IMG/VR virus record: IMGVR_UViG_2737471824_000003
Length of the DNA: 20,534 nucleotides
Source of the DNA: a virus
Lineage: Duplodnaviria > Heunggongvirae > Uroviricota > Caudoviricetes
Direction: 5' to 3' (one strand)
Positions within the stretch are counted from its first letter, which is position 1, and each line of letters begins with the position of its first letter. This document shows, in pieces, positions 9,541-15,889 of this stretch. The notes below the pieces were generated by a model. That model was given only the letters and a program-made list of their open reading frames with translations, searched no databases and was not told where the DNA came from. Made by a program: the position numbers and the translations under genes.

Positions 9541-9931
9541 GAGAGTGGCGCTATGTGCCATTGCATGGTGCCGGGTGCCTCCCGGTGAATTCAGTACCAG
9601 CACCTGAATCCGCGATTATCCCATATACCTACTCGCTGATTGCCCCTCCGCACAGGGGGATTCACCATGCCAGTTTCTTTTAACAAACTCCCCGCAAACC
9701 AGACAACAGTCAACCGCCTGAATTGTGAAGTATTTAAAAATTTCTCCCGCTAACTGATACCCGGCTAACAGTCTGGCGTTTTCTTTTTCAGCAACGGGAA
9801 AGCAACAACCACCACACCCGCCACCAGCACACTGTCAGCCAGCACTGACATTATCCGGCTGCTGCAATGCCATTCACAAAAACAGTAAGCAATCACTTTT
9901 TACCGTAACAGGTGATAATCCAGATATGTAT

Positions 9932-10285
9932 CTACCCCAGATGAGTAATCCGAAGTTCATCCATACCACAGGTCCTGGCTATTCTGTTGTACTCCTGAAC
10001 AAGAGCAAATAATTCTGAATTAGCAACCATGAACTCATCGCAAACCCTCTGTATAGCATCACTATTCAGAATAATAACGTCTCTTCCCGAAAGACGATCA
10101 GGAGCACAGAACAAAACTGTCAAACGGCTGAAGGCCTTTGCTCGTGCTGCATTGACTATATCAATACGCTGCCTAAGGATGAAACACCCCGACGCCTCAT
10201 CAATATTCACTCTACCCACACCATATGAATGATAAATATTTAATGCTGAAAAAACCATTAGACCGTATAACAAACACTCAATCAA
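9932..10285 (-). CDS. hypothetical protein (117 aa from TTG 10285; first ATG at 10258 gives 108 aa); possibly degenerate
   Basis: Only long ORF in this part of the island, with protein-like composition (..VLFCAPDRLSGRDVIILNSDAIQRVCDEFMVANSELFALVQEYNRIAR..). Neither candidate start has a convincing SD. No family recognised. Confidence 0.35.
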   Translation of the reverse strand: MIECLLYGLMVFSALNIYHSYGVGRVNIDEASGCFILRQRIDIVNAARAKAFSRLTVLFCAPDRLSGRDVIILNSDAIQRVCDEFMVANSELFALVQEYNRIARTCGMDELRITHLG

Positions 10286-10311
10286 TACTTAACAGAACTT
10301 TTATTTTTGAC

Positions 10312-10326
10312 AAACATATTATGTTT
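10312..10326. promoter_or_regulatory. 15-bp perfect palindrome AAACATATTATGTTT (candidate operator) in the promoter region of the 9932-10285 ORF
   Basis: Arms aaacata/tatgttt verified by reverse complement. Embedded in a longer imperfect dyad (ttgacaaacatattatgttttcaa) between the tRNA-Arg gene and the ORF. Confidence 0.35.
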
Positions 10327-10395
10327 TCAACAATATCCTGAGCCAGGTATATTCCAGTATAAGGCTCTGCCGGAAGGAATCTGGAAGAATGAATA

Positions 10396-10472
10396 TGGCG
10401 CGCTGTACTGGATTCGAACCAGTGACCGATTGCTTAGAAGGCAATTGCTCTGTCCGGCTGAGCTAACAACGC
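10396..10472 (-). tRNA. tRNA-Arg (anticodon UCU), 77 nt including CCA
   Basis: Reverse complement folds as a cloverleaf: acceptor GCGTTGT/ACAGCGC (one G-U pair), D-stem GCTC/GAGC, anticodon stem ATTGC/GCAAT with loop CTTCTAA, T-arm ACTGG-TTCGAAT-CCAGT, 3' GCCA. Differs from chromosomal argU as recalled, so phage-encoded. Confidence 0.9.
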
Positions 10473-10572
10473 TGAATACCGATAATGGACCGCCATCGGG
10501 GACCCGCCCCCGCACCAACAACCCTGTTATCGTGTCGTCTGCTCTTCCTGATAAGCTAATGGCGGTTTGTGA

Positions 10573-10648
10573 TGGTGGCCCTTGCTGGATTTGAACCAGC
10601 GACCTGGCGATTATGAGTCGCTCGCTCTCACCACTGAGCTAAAGGGCC
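10573..10648 (-). tRNA. tRNA-Ile2 (anticodon CAU, lysidine type; ileX/ileZ-like), 76 nt including CCA
   Basis: Reverse complement GGCCCTTTAGCTCAGTGGTGAGAGCGAGCGACTCATAATCGCCAGGTCGCTGGTTCAAATCCAGCAAGGGCCACCA: perfect 7-bp acceptor stem, anticodon loop CTCATAA, T-loop TTCAAAT. Very close to E. coli ileX as recalled. An initiator or elongator Met identity is not excluded from sequence alone. Confidence 0.85.
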
Positions 10649-10687
10649 GGGAGCAGAATAATAACGGTCCGTAATTAATTCCGCAAT

Positions 10688-10711
10688 AAAAAACCCGCTC
10701 GGCGGCGGGTT
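10688..10711 (-). terminator. candidate tR' terminator downstream of Q
   Basis: On the minus strand: aacccgc-(loop)-gcgggtt followed by TTTTTT, about 50-80 nt downstream of the candidate late promoter and upstream of the tRNAs. Confidence 0.5.
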
Positions 10712-10758
10712 GTAGAAACTCTTCTAACGTCAGGCATAAAAAGCCCATCATTATGACG

Positions 10759-10786
10759 AATTTACCACAGATTCCGGAAAAATCAA
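10759..10786 (-). promoter_or_regulatory. candidate late promoter pR' (qut region)
   Basis: On the minus strand: TTGATT (-35), 16-nt spacer, TG-n-TAAATT (extended -10), immediately 3' of the Q stop as in lambdoid late regions. Confidence 0.4.
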
Positions 10787-10791
10787 CCTTG

Positions 10792-11613
10792 TTACCTAGT
10801 TACCTTTTTTAACTGCCGCTCAGCCCATGCTTCTTCAATATCAAACCGGGTCACCAGCGCATCATAGAATTTCTTAACTGTTTTTTCCCATGACGCGCGT
10901 GTTATCTGGTTTGTCACCTCGCATATAGCATTAAATGCCTCCGTTGATGGTAGTCTTTCATAGCCACGACCACCACAACGCTGGCAGTCTCTGATAACAG
11001 GCATACCACGTTTTACCGACTCTTCACGGTGAATGGCGACACCACGCCCACGGCAATCCTTACAGGCGGTGGAAACCTCACCCTTTCCGCCACACTCCGG
11101 ACAGGCAACTTTTACCACCTCCCTGACTTTTTTCCATTCTTCCCAGTAAGACGGATACACACCTTTCGTACACTTTGCCCATACCGGCGGCTTACCATCC
11201 GGATACTGGACCTTGTTTGTAAAAACTATGCTTTCAATAAATTTTTCCCCATAGCAACAAGGGCACTGCTTTTTACTCGCTGCGCTGCGGGCATAATCCT
11301 CAAAAGCATACGAAGCCATAATGCGCATCACTACCGGTTTTATTTCTGCCGGAAGTTTTCTCAACGCCGCCACACGATCGCACCGACTGAGTGCATAATC
11401 TGCCAGTAATTCTGTTGCCCGCGCCCTGTCATTCATACTGATGCCCATTTTCCCCAGGAACGCAGAAAAACCCATCTCAGCCCGATTCTGTGTCATGCCC
11501 TGCGCGGCCATCACATCAGTGATACTCAGCGCATCTTTTGACGTTGAGGCCGATGCATCGGTCAGGCCAGGGGATTTTGGGGAGTAGTATTTCGGTAAAT
11601 CTTCCAGTTTCAT
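10792..11613 (-). CDS. Q: late-gene antiterminator Q (Phage_antitermQ-type), 273 aa
   Basis: N-terminus MKLEDLPKYYSPKSP... and multiple CxxC zinc motifs (CPCCYG, CPECGGKGE, CKDCRGRG, CQRCGGRG). Positioned immediately upstream of the promoter/terminator/tRNA/lysis block and downstream of rusA. Confidence 0.75.
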   Translation of the reverse strand: MKLEDLPKYYSPKSPGLTDASASTSKDALSITDVMAAQGMTQNRAEMGFSAFLGKMGISMNDRARATELLADYALSRCDRVAALRKLPAEIKPVVMRIMASYAFEDYARSAASKKQCPCCYGEKFIESIVFTNKVQYPDGKPPVWAKCTKGVYPSYWEEWKKVREVVKVACPECGGKGEVSTACKDCRGRGVAIHREESVKRGMPVIRDCQRCGGRGYERLPSTEAFNAICEVTNQITRASWEKTVKKFYDALVTRFDIEEAWAERQLKKVTR

Positions 11614-11627
11614 TTTTTGACCTGCTC

Positions 11628-11990
11628 TTAATGCATTATGGGGTAAATCTTCACCCCCAGACGTCCACCAGATACTGGCTGACCACGAACGATATTGATT
11701 TCATCAAACTGCTCATCGTCCATTAACACTCCCGCATGCGTCAGCGCATCCAGCGGTGCTTTCAGGATATTGTCCAGGTCGCGACGACGCTTATCCGGTG
11801 GCTCTGCAATCACCTTTATCGCCAGCCTTCCGGACAGGTTTAATTTCAGCCGCTGCTGGCGAACAATTAGCACCACATCACGGCGATAACGCTTTCCGGC
11901 CTCCGAGATGAAATACGTATTGCCATGACGTCGCCAGTAGGTATTCACCGTCGGCGGGTAAGGCAAAACAAATTCTATGCGTTCAGTCAT
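11628..11990 (-). CDS. rusA: Holliday junction resolvase RusA (120 aa)
   Basis: Conserved core ..PPDKRRRDLDNILKAPLDALTHAGVLMDDEQ.. (RusA catalytic Asp cluster). Typical nin-region position upstream of Q. Confidence 0.9.
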   Translation of the reverse strand: MTERIEFVLPYPPTVNTYWRRHGNTYFISEAGKRYRRDVVLIVRQQRLKLNLSGRLAIKVIAEPPDKRRRDLDNILKAPLDALTHAGVLMDDEQFDEINIVRGQPVSGGRLGVKIYPIMH

Positions 11991-13049
11991 TCATGCTTTC
12001 CACTTCAGGACACCCGAATTTCTCGCGTGCATTAAAAAACGAATCAGCAACAACAGCTGGCTGCCGTGTTTTTCTTCAAAATCTTTTACCCCGGCGTGCA
12101 GTTCGTTATGACATTTACGGCACAGCGGAATAACAAACAAATCATCAGCCTTTGTTCCCATACCTCCCAGGCCATGACCAATGATGTGATGCGGATCATC
12201 TGCCTGATTACCGCACGTCATGCATTTCTGCGTTTTTACCCAGCGCGTGTATACAGGCATCTCTTCCCGTTGTGGTTTCTGGCGCTGGAGATACTGAGCC
12301 GGAGACTCCGGATCAACGGCGATGCTTACTAACGTCTTTTCCTGGAGTGGGGGCTGTTGCTGGTGGACGTGAAGTGGCAGCGCAATATTTTTTGTGCGCT
12401 GCTTCAGTATGCTGGTGGCAGTCTGTTCTCCCGGTACGATGTCACTCTCACGGTATACGGAGCGGATTTTTTCCACCGGTAATCCCAGTGAACGACACAA
12501 TACAGACTCCGGAAGCGCATCAGCCACCTGATTGCAGACCGCCCACCAGGATAATTCGGCCAGCGATAACTCCCTCTCCTGCGTACCGCTGATTGCGTGA
12601 CGGATGACGTCAATCATCCATGCTGACAAGTTTTGGTGAGCAAGTTGCTCAAGTGATTCTGAGGTCTGGTCACGCAACTGGTTGTCGCAGTGCCAGCACA
12701 ACACCATTGCGCCGGTACCATAACGGTGAATGACGGTTTCACTGTGGTGATAATCACCGTGTGGCCACTGGCAGGATTTAATATGGCGCAACAGCCAGTC
12801 AGACAGTGCACCAGCGCCGCCAGCAGCACGAATCACACGCTCATTGCTGAAAAATGGCAGTAATGATTTATCCTCCGCCAGCGGCTGGCGAACGGCAGGG
12901 ACGACTCCGGATGGCAGGCCGCACATGCTTTTCGGTTCCGGCTCCACCAGCACTCGAGGATTATGAAATATCTGTATGGATTCACGGCCCGGCTTAAGGA
13001 CCACCAGCCCAAGCTCAGGCACCAGAACAGGTCTAAGTAATACCCGCAC
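11991..13049 (-). CDS. DUF968 family protein (YdfU-like), 352 aa, with C-terminal HNH-like zinc motif
   Basis: C-terminus CMTCGNQADDPHHIIGHGLGGMGTKADDLFVIPLCRKCHNELH. Size and position (between the hok region and rusA/Q) match ydfU of Qin. GTG start at 13049 has GGAGG 4 nt upstream and is coupled to the upstream stop; an internal ATG at 12926 is an alternative. Confidence 0.7.
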   Translation of the reverse strand: MRVLLRPVLVPELGLVVLKPGRESIQIFHNPRVLVEPEPKSMCGLPSGVVPAVRQPLAEDKSLLPFFSNERVIRAAGGAGALSDWLLRHIKSCQWPHGDYHHSETVIHRYGTGAMVLCWHCDNQLRDQTSESLEQLAHQNLSAWMIDVIRHAISGTQERELSLAELSWWAVCNQVADALPESVLCRSLGLPVEKIRSVYRESDIVPGEQTATSILKQRTKNIALPLHVHQQQPPLQEKTLVSIAVDPESPAQYLQRQKPQREEMPVYTRWVKTQKCMTCGNQADDPHHIIGHGLGGMGTKADDLFVIPLCRKCHNELHAGVKDFEEKHGSQLLLLIRFLMHARNSGVLKWKA

Positions 13050-13050
13050 G

Positions 13051-13323
13051 TTACCTCCAGATCCGTTGCTGGAAAGTGCGGGACGGACGTGGTGGGCGTT
13101 CGGAATAAGGCAGCCTGACAGAGATTATCCAGTGCCGATAGTCGAGACTGAGAGCTTTCTTAACCTCGAACCCGCGCCTGCGGTAAGAATGAATCAGCCA
13201 TTCGGCCTGTTCTTCAGTACATGGTGGGTGTTGGTACCAGTCGGTTTTAAATGCGTGTGAACGCCGCTCATGCCGGATGGCAAGGTCGGTATCAGAATTG
13301 TGAAATTTGGTTTTGTGCGCCAT
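13051..13323 (-). CDS. hypothetical protein, 90 aa (positional equivalent of rem in Qin)
   Basis: Complete ATG-initiated ORF between hok and the DUF968 gene. No motif recognised. Confidence 0.45.
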   Translation of the reverse strand: MAHKTKFHNSDTDLAIRHERRSHAFKTDWYQHPPCTEEQAEWLIHSYRRRGFEVKKALSLDYRHWIISVRLPYSERPPRPSRTFQQRIWR

Positions 13324-13395
13324 CTGTTTTCTCTGCTGGCGCAGCAGGTGTCAGGTGTTCAGGCTGACGTGCGAATTGTAAACCAGAATGCCAGG

Positions 13396-13422
13396 AAAAA
13401 ACAAAACCCGCCGAAGCGGGTT
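13396..13422 (-). terminator. Rho-independent terminator downstream of hok
   Basis: On the minus strand: aacccgc-ttcg-gcgggtt followed by TTTGTTTTTT. Confidence 0.5.
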
Positions 13423-13490
13423 AAGTGCGGGTGCGTTGAGGATGCCTGACACATCAGAGGTGGCGAGGGATTTCTCCCCCGCCAGGTCTC

Positions 13491-13646
13491 TTACTCCTCA
13501 GGTTCGTAAGCTGTGAAGACAGCGACCTCCGTCTGGCCGGTTCGGATTCGTACCTCGCAGAGGTCTTTCCTCGTTACCAGTGCCGTCACTATGACGGTTA
13601 AACAGATGACGATCAGGGCGATTAACATCGCCTTTTGCTGCTTCAT
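13491..13646 (-). CDS. hokD: Hok/Gef-family type I toxin (HokD/RelF-like), 51 aa
   Basis: Translates to MKQQKAMLIALIVICLTVIVTALVTRKDLCEVRIRTGQTEVAVFTAYEPEE, a canonical Hok (TM helix plus conserved Cys, C-terminal periplasmic tail). Below the ORF-track size cutoff. Confidence 0.9.
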   Translation of the reverse strand: MKQQKAMLIALIVICLTVIVTALVTRKDLCEVRIRTGQTEVAVFTAYEPEE

Positions 13647-13904
13647 AGCCTGCTTCTCCTTGACCTTTCGGTCCGTAAGAGGCTAATCTCTATGTGTCGC
13701 ATAGATATGGCCTCAGATTAATGTTAAGCGTCTTGCAGGACGCGTAATGTTAACTGGGGCTTTTCTCTATCTGCCTTTTGGTGTTCATGCCTGAGACAGA
13801 TAGCCTCAAGCACCCGCAGTAATTCTACTTAACTAAGATTTCCCCGCAAACCGTTTTTGTCCGGCACAGTAAATATCCAACTAAACCAATGGCGTTCGCT
13901 GTAT

Positions 13905-14084
13905 TTACCGCCAGTATTCAATGCACATGACCGCCATGAACACCCCTAAAAAAAGGGCATTTATATATCCAAATATTAATATCAAAACATCAACTTTTTC
14001 TATATACCTTGCTGTGAAGATGATGGGCATACATGATACGAACAACCAGAACGCAACAAACAAAAACTGCAATGCGTTTTTCAT
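13905..14084 (-). CDS. small predicted two-helix membrane protein (59 aa from ATG 14084)
   Basis: ATG preceded by AGGAGG-aata. Product MKNALQFLFVAFWLFVSCMPIIFTARYIEKVDVLILIFGYINALFLGVFMAVMCIEYWR has two hydrophobic segments. Very AT-rich. Immediately upstream of the hok locus. Confidence 0.4.
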   Translation of the reverse strand: MKNALQFLFVAFWLFVSCMPIIFTARYIEKVDVLILIFGYINALFLGVFMAVMCIEYWR

Positions 14085-14313
14085 TATTCCTCCTACAATC
14101 AATGTGCAATTACATTTAAACACACCTCAATTTGGCCGGACATATAAATATCTAAACCAGAAAAAATCACTTACATAGCGTTACAAACTCTTTAGTCTAA
14201 ATATTCATCGTAAAACATTCCCCATACTTATCAGCCCGTTCTGCGCCAGGTAGCTCATTGCCTTATCTGGGAATCTGTAATCAGGTTTCCGGATGCTGGT
14301 GGATTTTCGCGTT

Positions 14314-14571
14314 TTAGTTGTTCATAAAAGTGCACAGCTTTAACCAGTTCTTCTGATGTAACCGGGACTGGCGGGGCAGTGAATAAGGCCTGAATTTCAT
14401 AGTTCGGCCTGTCGTTACAATCCTCTTTTTTCGGTACATATTTCCAGTCACCAGACCACTACTTCCCCTGAAAGTCCGTAACGCCTTTTTTTTCACGTAG
14501 CGATATCGCCATGCCACTGTTTTTGCTTGCCCCGCCGTTTCATGCCCTTCCTGATAATTAACCTCGCTCAT
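14314..14571 (-). CDS. basic small protein (85 aa in the 0 frame) containing an A_AAA_AAG slippery heptamer; a -1 shift would extend it to ~105 aa (stop at 14255-14257)
   Basis: ATG overlaps the stop of the upstream 58-aa gene (ATGA). In-frame heptamer A AAA AAG at 14425-14431 (minus-strand sense). The -1 frame is closed by TAG 11 codons upstream of the site and open for 56 codons downstream, with a more protein-like composition (..TSEELVKAVHFYEQLKRENPPASG..). Confidence 0.45.
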   Translation of the reverse strand: MSEVNYQEGHETAGQAKTVAWRYRYVKKKALRTFRGSSGLVTGNMYRKKRIVTTGRTMKFRPYSLPRQSRLHQKNWLKLCTFMNN

Positions 14572-14744
14572 TCATCGCCCCACTCATCACAATATGCTTC
14601 GACCGGAGTTTTTCCTGCTTCATAATCATCACGCCATGCTTCAGCATCAGCAGCACTGCCACCACGTAACTCTGCATAGTCCATTAACAGTTCATGCCAT
14701 TCTTCAAAACTGACGTTGTATTTAGTTGAACCAAAATCAGCCAT
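14568..14744 (-). CDS. small acidic protein (58 aa)
   Basis: ATG with GAGGAAG upstream. Product MADFGSTKYNVSFEEWHELLMDYAELRGGSAADAEAWRDDYEAGKTPVEAYCDEWGDE. Its stop overlaps the start of the next gene. Below the ORF-track cutoff. Confidence 0.4.
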   Translation of the reverse strand: MADFGSTKYNVSFEEWHELLMDYAELRGGSAADAEAWRDDYEAGKTPVEAYCDEWGDE

Positions 14745-14919
14745 TTTGTTCTTCCTCTTCGTCTTTTATTTCGTGATATGAGTAATTGCAGTAGTTAAAG
14801 AAAATATCTTTTGCTTCGTCATGTATTTCATCAGGCGTCGCATCATCATCCACTTCGAATTCATCCTCGAAATCTCCACCGGCTATTCCCGTTTCAATAA
14901 TTATTTTAAACTTTCGCAT
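14737..14919 (-). CDS. small acidic protein (60 aa)
   Basis: ATG-initiated; strongly acidic (DFEDEFEVDDDATPDEIHDEAKD...DEEEEQNG). A GNRA-type hairpin (14927-14942) lies just upstream. Confidence 0.45.
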   Translation of the reverse strand: MRKFKIIIETGIAGGDFEDEFEVDDDATPDEIHDEAKDIFFNYCNYSYHEIKDEEEEQNG

Positions 14920-15012
14920 TTAACTACCGCCCTTTCGGGCGGCCTCCTGATGTTCTGAGGGTGCAGAAATCCCTCCGGTTAAGGATTAAATTTTTAACAG
15001 AGCTAAATTTAA

Positions 15013-15426
15013 TTATTCAGTTCTGGATTTTGTCGCCCTGCGTATCCGCGCTTTCGCGTTACGCTCAATCTGAATTAGCTTTTCTATATTTTTTCGCCTT
15101 TCCCGCTCCTCCTGACGCAAGAGCCTTACATCATCTGCCAGTCTGGTTTCTCTTTTCGCCACAGAGAGCATCCAGTCAAATGGCTCCACAACTGCACCGC
15201 AGATTTTACAGCGGACCTGACGCTCTTTTTCGTCAACCCGGACAGAGGCGTGATGACAATATGGTCTTTCCGATGGCTCATAAAGAAAATTAACCTGATT
15301 ACGAGGGTCATCCTCTTTTACCGGAAATAAAACGATATTGCTTAACTCATCCTCTGGTTTTATTTCCATGCTCCTCTCCTTTGATGCGAATGCCAGCGGT
15401 AATTGAAGCCTGATAGCTAATTTCAC
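15013..15426 (-). CDS. hypothetical protein with zinc-ribbon-like CHH...CKIC motif (137 aa from GTG; 118 aa from ATG 15369)
   Basis: GTG 15426 is preceded by AGGAGG (7-nt spacer) inside a repeated GGTAATTTTCAGGAGG element. Charged/coiled C-terminus. Confidence 0.5.
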   Translation of the reverse strand: MKLAIRLQLPLAFASKERSMEIKPEDELSNIVLFPVKEDDPRNQVNFLYEPSERPYCHHASVRVDEKERQVRCKICGAVVEPFDWMLSVAKRETRLADDVRLLRQEERERRKNIEKLIQIERNAKARIRRATKSRTE

Positions 15427-15849
15427 TCACAGTACCGCCTCCTGAAAATTACCCTGATAGAAAGCCAGTACACGCTGCATAGCTTCACTCTTCCGGCACT
15501 CGCGACAGATTATGTTTAGGCGACTGTCGTAGCGACGTATTTCTCCGTCAGGTAACGACCAGATAAGGTCCGGATCAACCACAGCAGGTTTCTTCACCTT
15601 TGCCCTCGAGAGTTTTTTGCGGGCGTTTTGCCAGTCCTTACGCGCCTGTTCAGAGGGGAATAACCCGTAGCCGGAGTTGTATACATCGCCGCTGGCAACC
15701 AGCTCTCTTGCGAGAACGCTCATCAGATATCTTGTCGCACCTGTCTTGACTTCCAGTTGCCGTAACGTCTCACGCCCACTCTGGCGTACGAGTTCAACAA
15801 CCTGCCCTTTAATTTTTTCTCGCTCTTCTTGTGTAAAAACTTTTGCCAC
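15427..15849 (-). CDS. hypothetical protein, 140 aa (possible DNA-binding accessory protein of the replication module)
   Basis: GTG start preceded by the same GGTAATTTTCAGGAGG element. No Walker motif, so not a DnaC-type loader. Confidence 0.5.
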   Translation of the reverse strand: MAKVFTQEEREKIKGQVVELVRQSGRETLRQLEVKTGATRYLMSVLARELVASGDVYNSGYGLFPSEQARKDWQNARKKLSRAKVKKPAVVDPDLIWSLPDGEIRRYDSRLNIICRECRKSEAMQRVLAFYQGNFQEAVL

Positions 15850-15889
15850 AAGCCCTCCTGAAAATTACCTCATGACCAGAAATCAACAC

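Noticed and set aside
8890-10395. Shiga toxin (stxAB) or other known AB5 toxin genes in the Q-tRNA-lysis slot
   Set aside because: The ORFs present do not resemble StxA/StxB in sequence or length; the slot holds unrecognised cargo instead.
10473-10572. Possible third tRNA between the Arg and Ile tRNAs (Stx phages carry ileZ-argN-argO)
   Set aside because: No T-arm (GTTCRA) or cloverleaf could be found in this 100-bp spacer.
11029-11409. Plus-strand ORF of 126 aa
   Set aside because: Lies antisense within the Q antiterminator gene.
15013-15849. DnaC/P-type helicase loader split across the 140-aa and 137-aa ORFs
   Set aside because: Neither ORF contains a Walker A (GxxGxGKT) motif.
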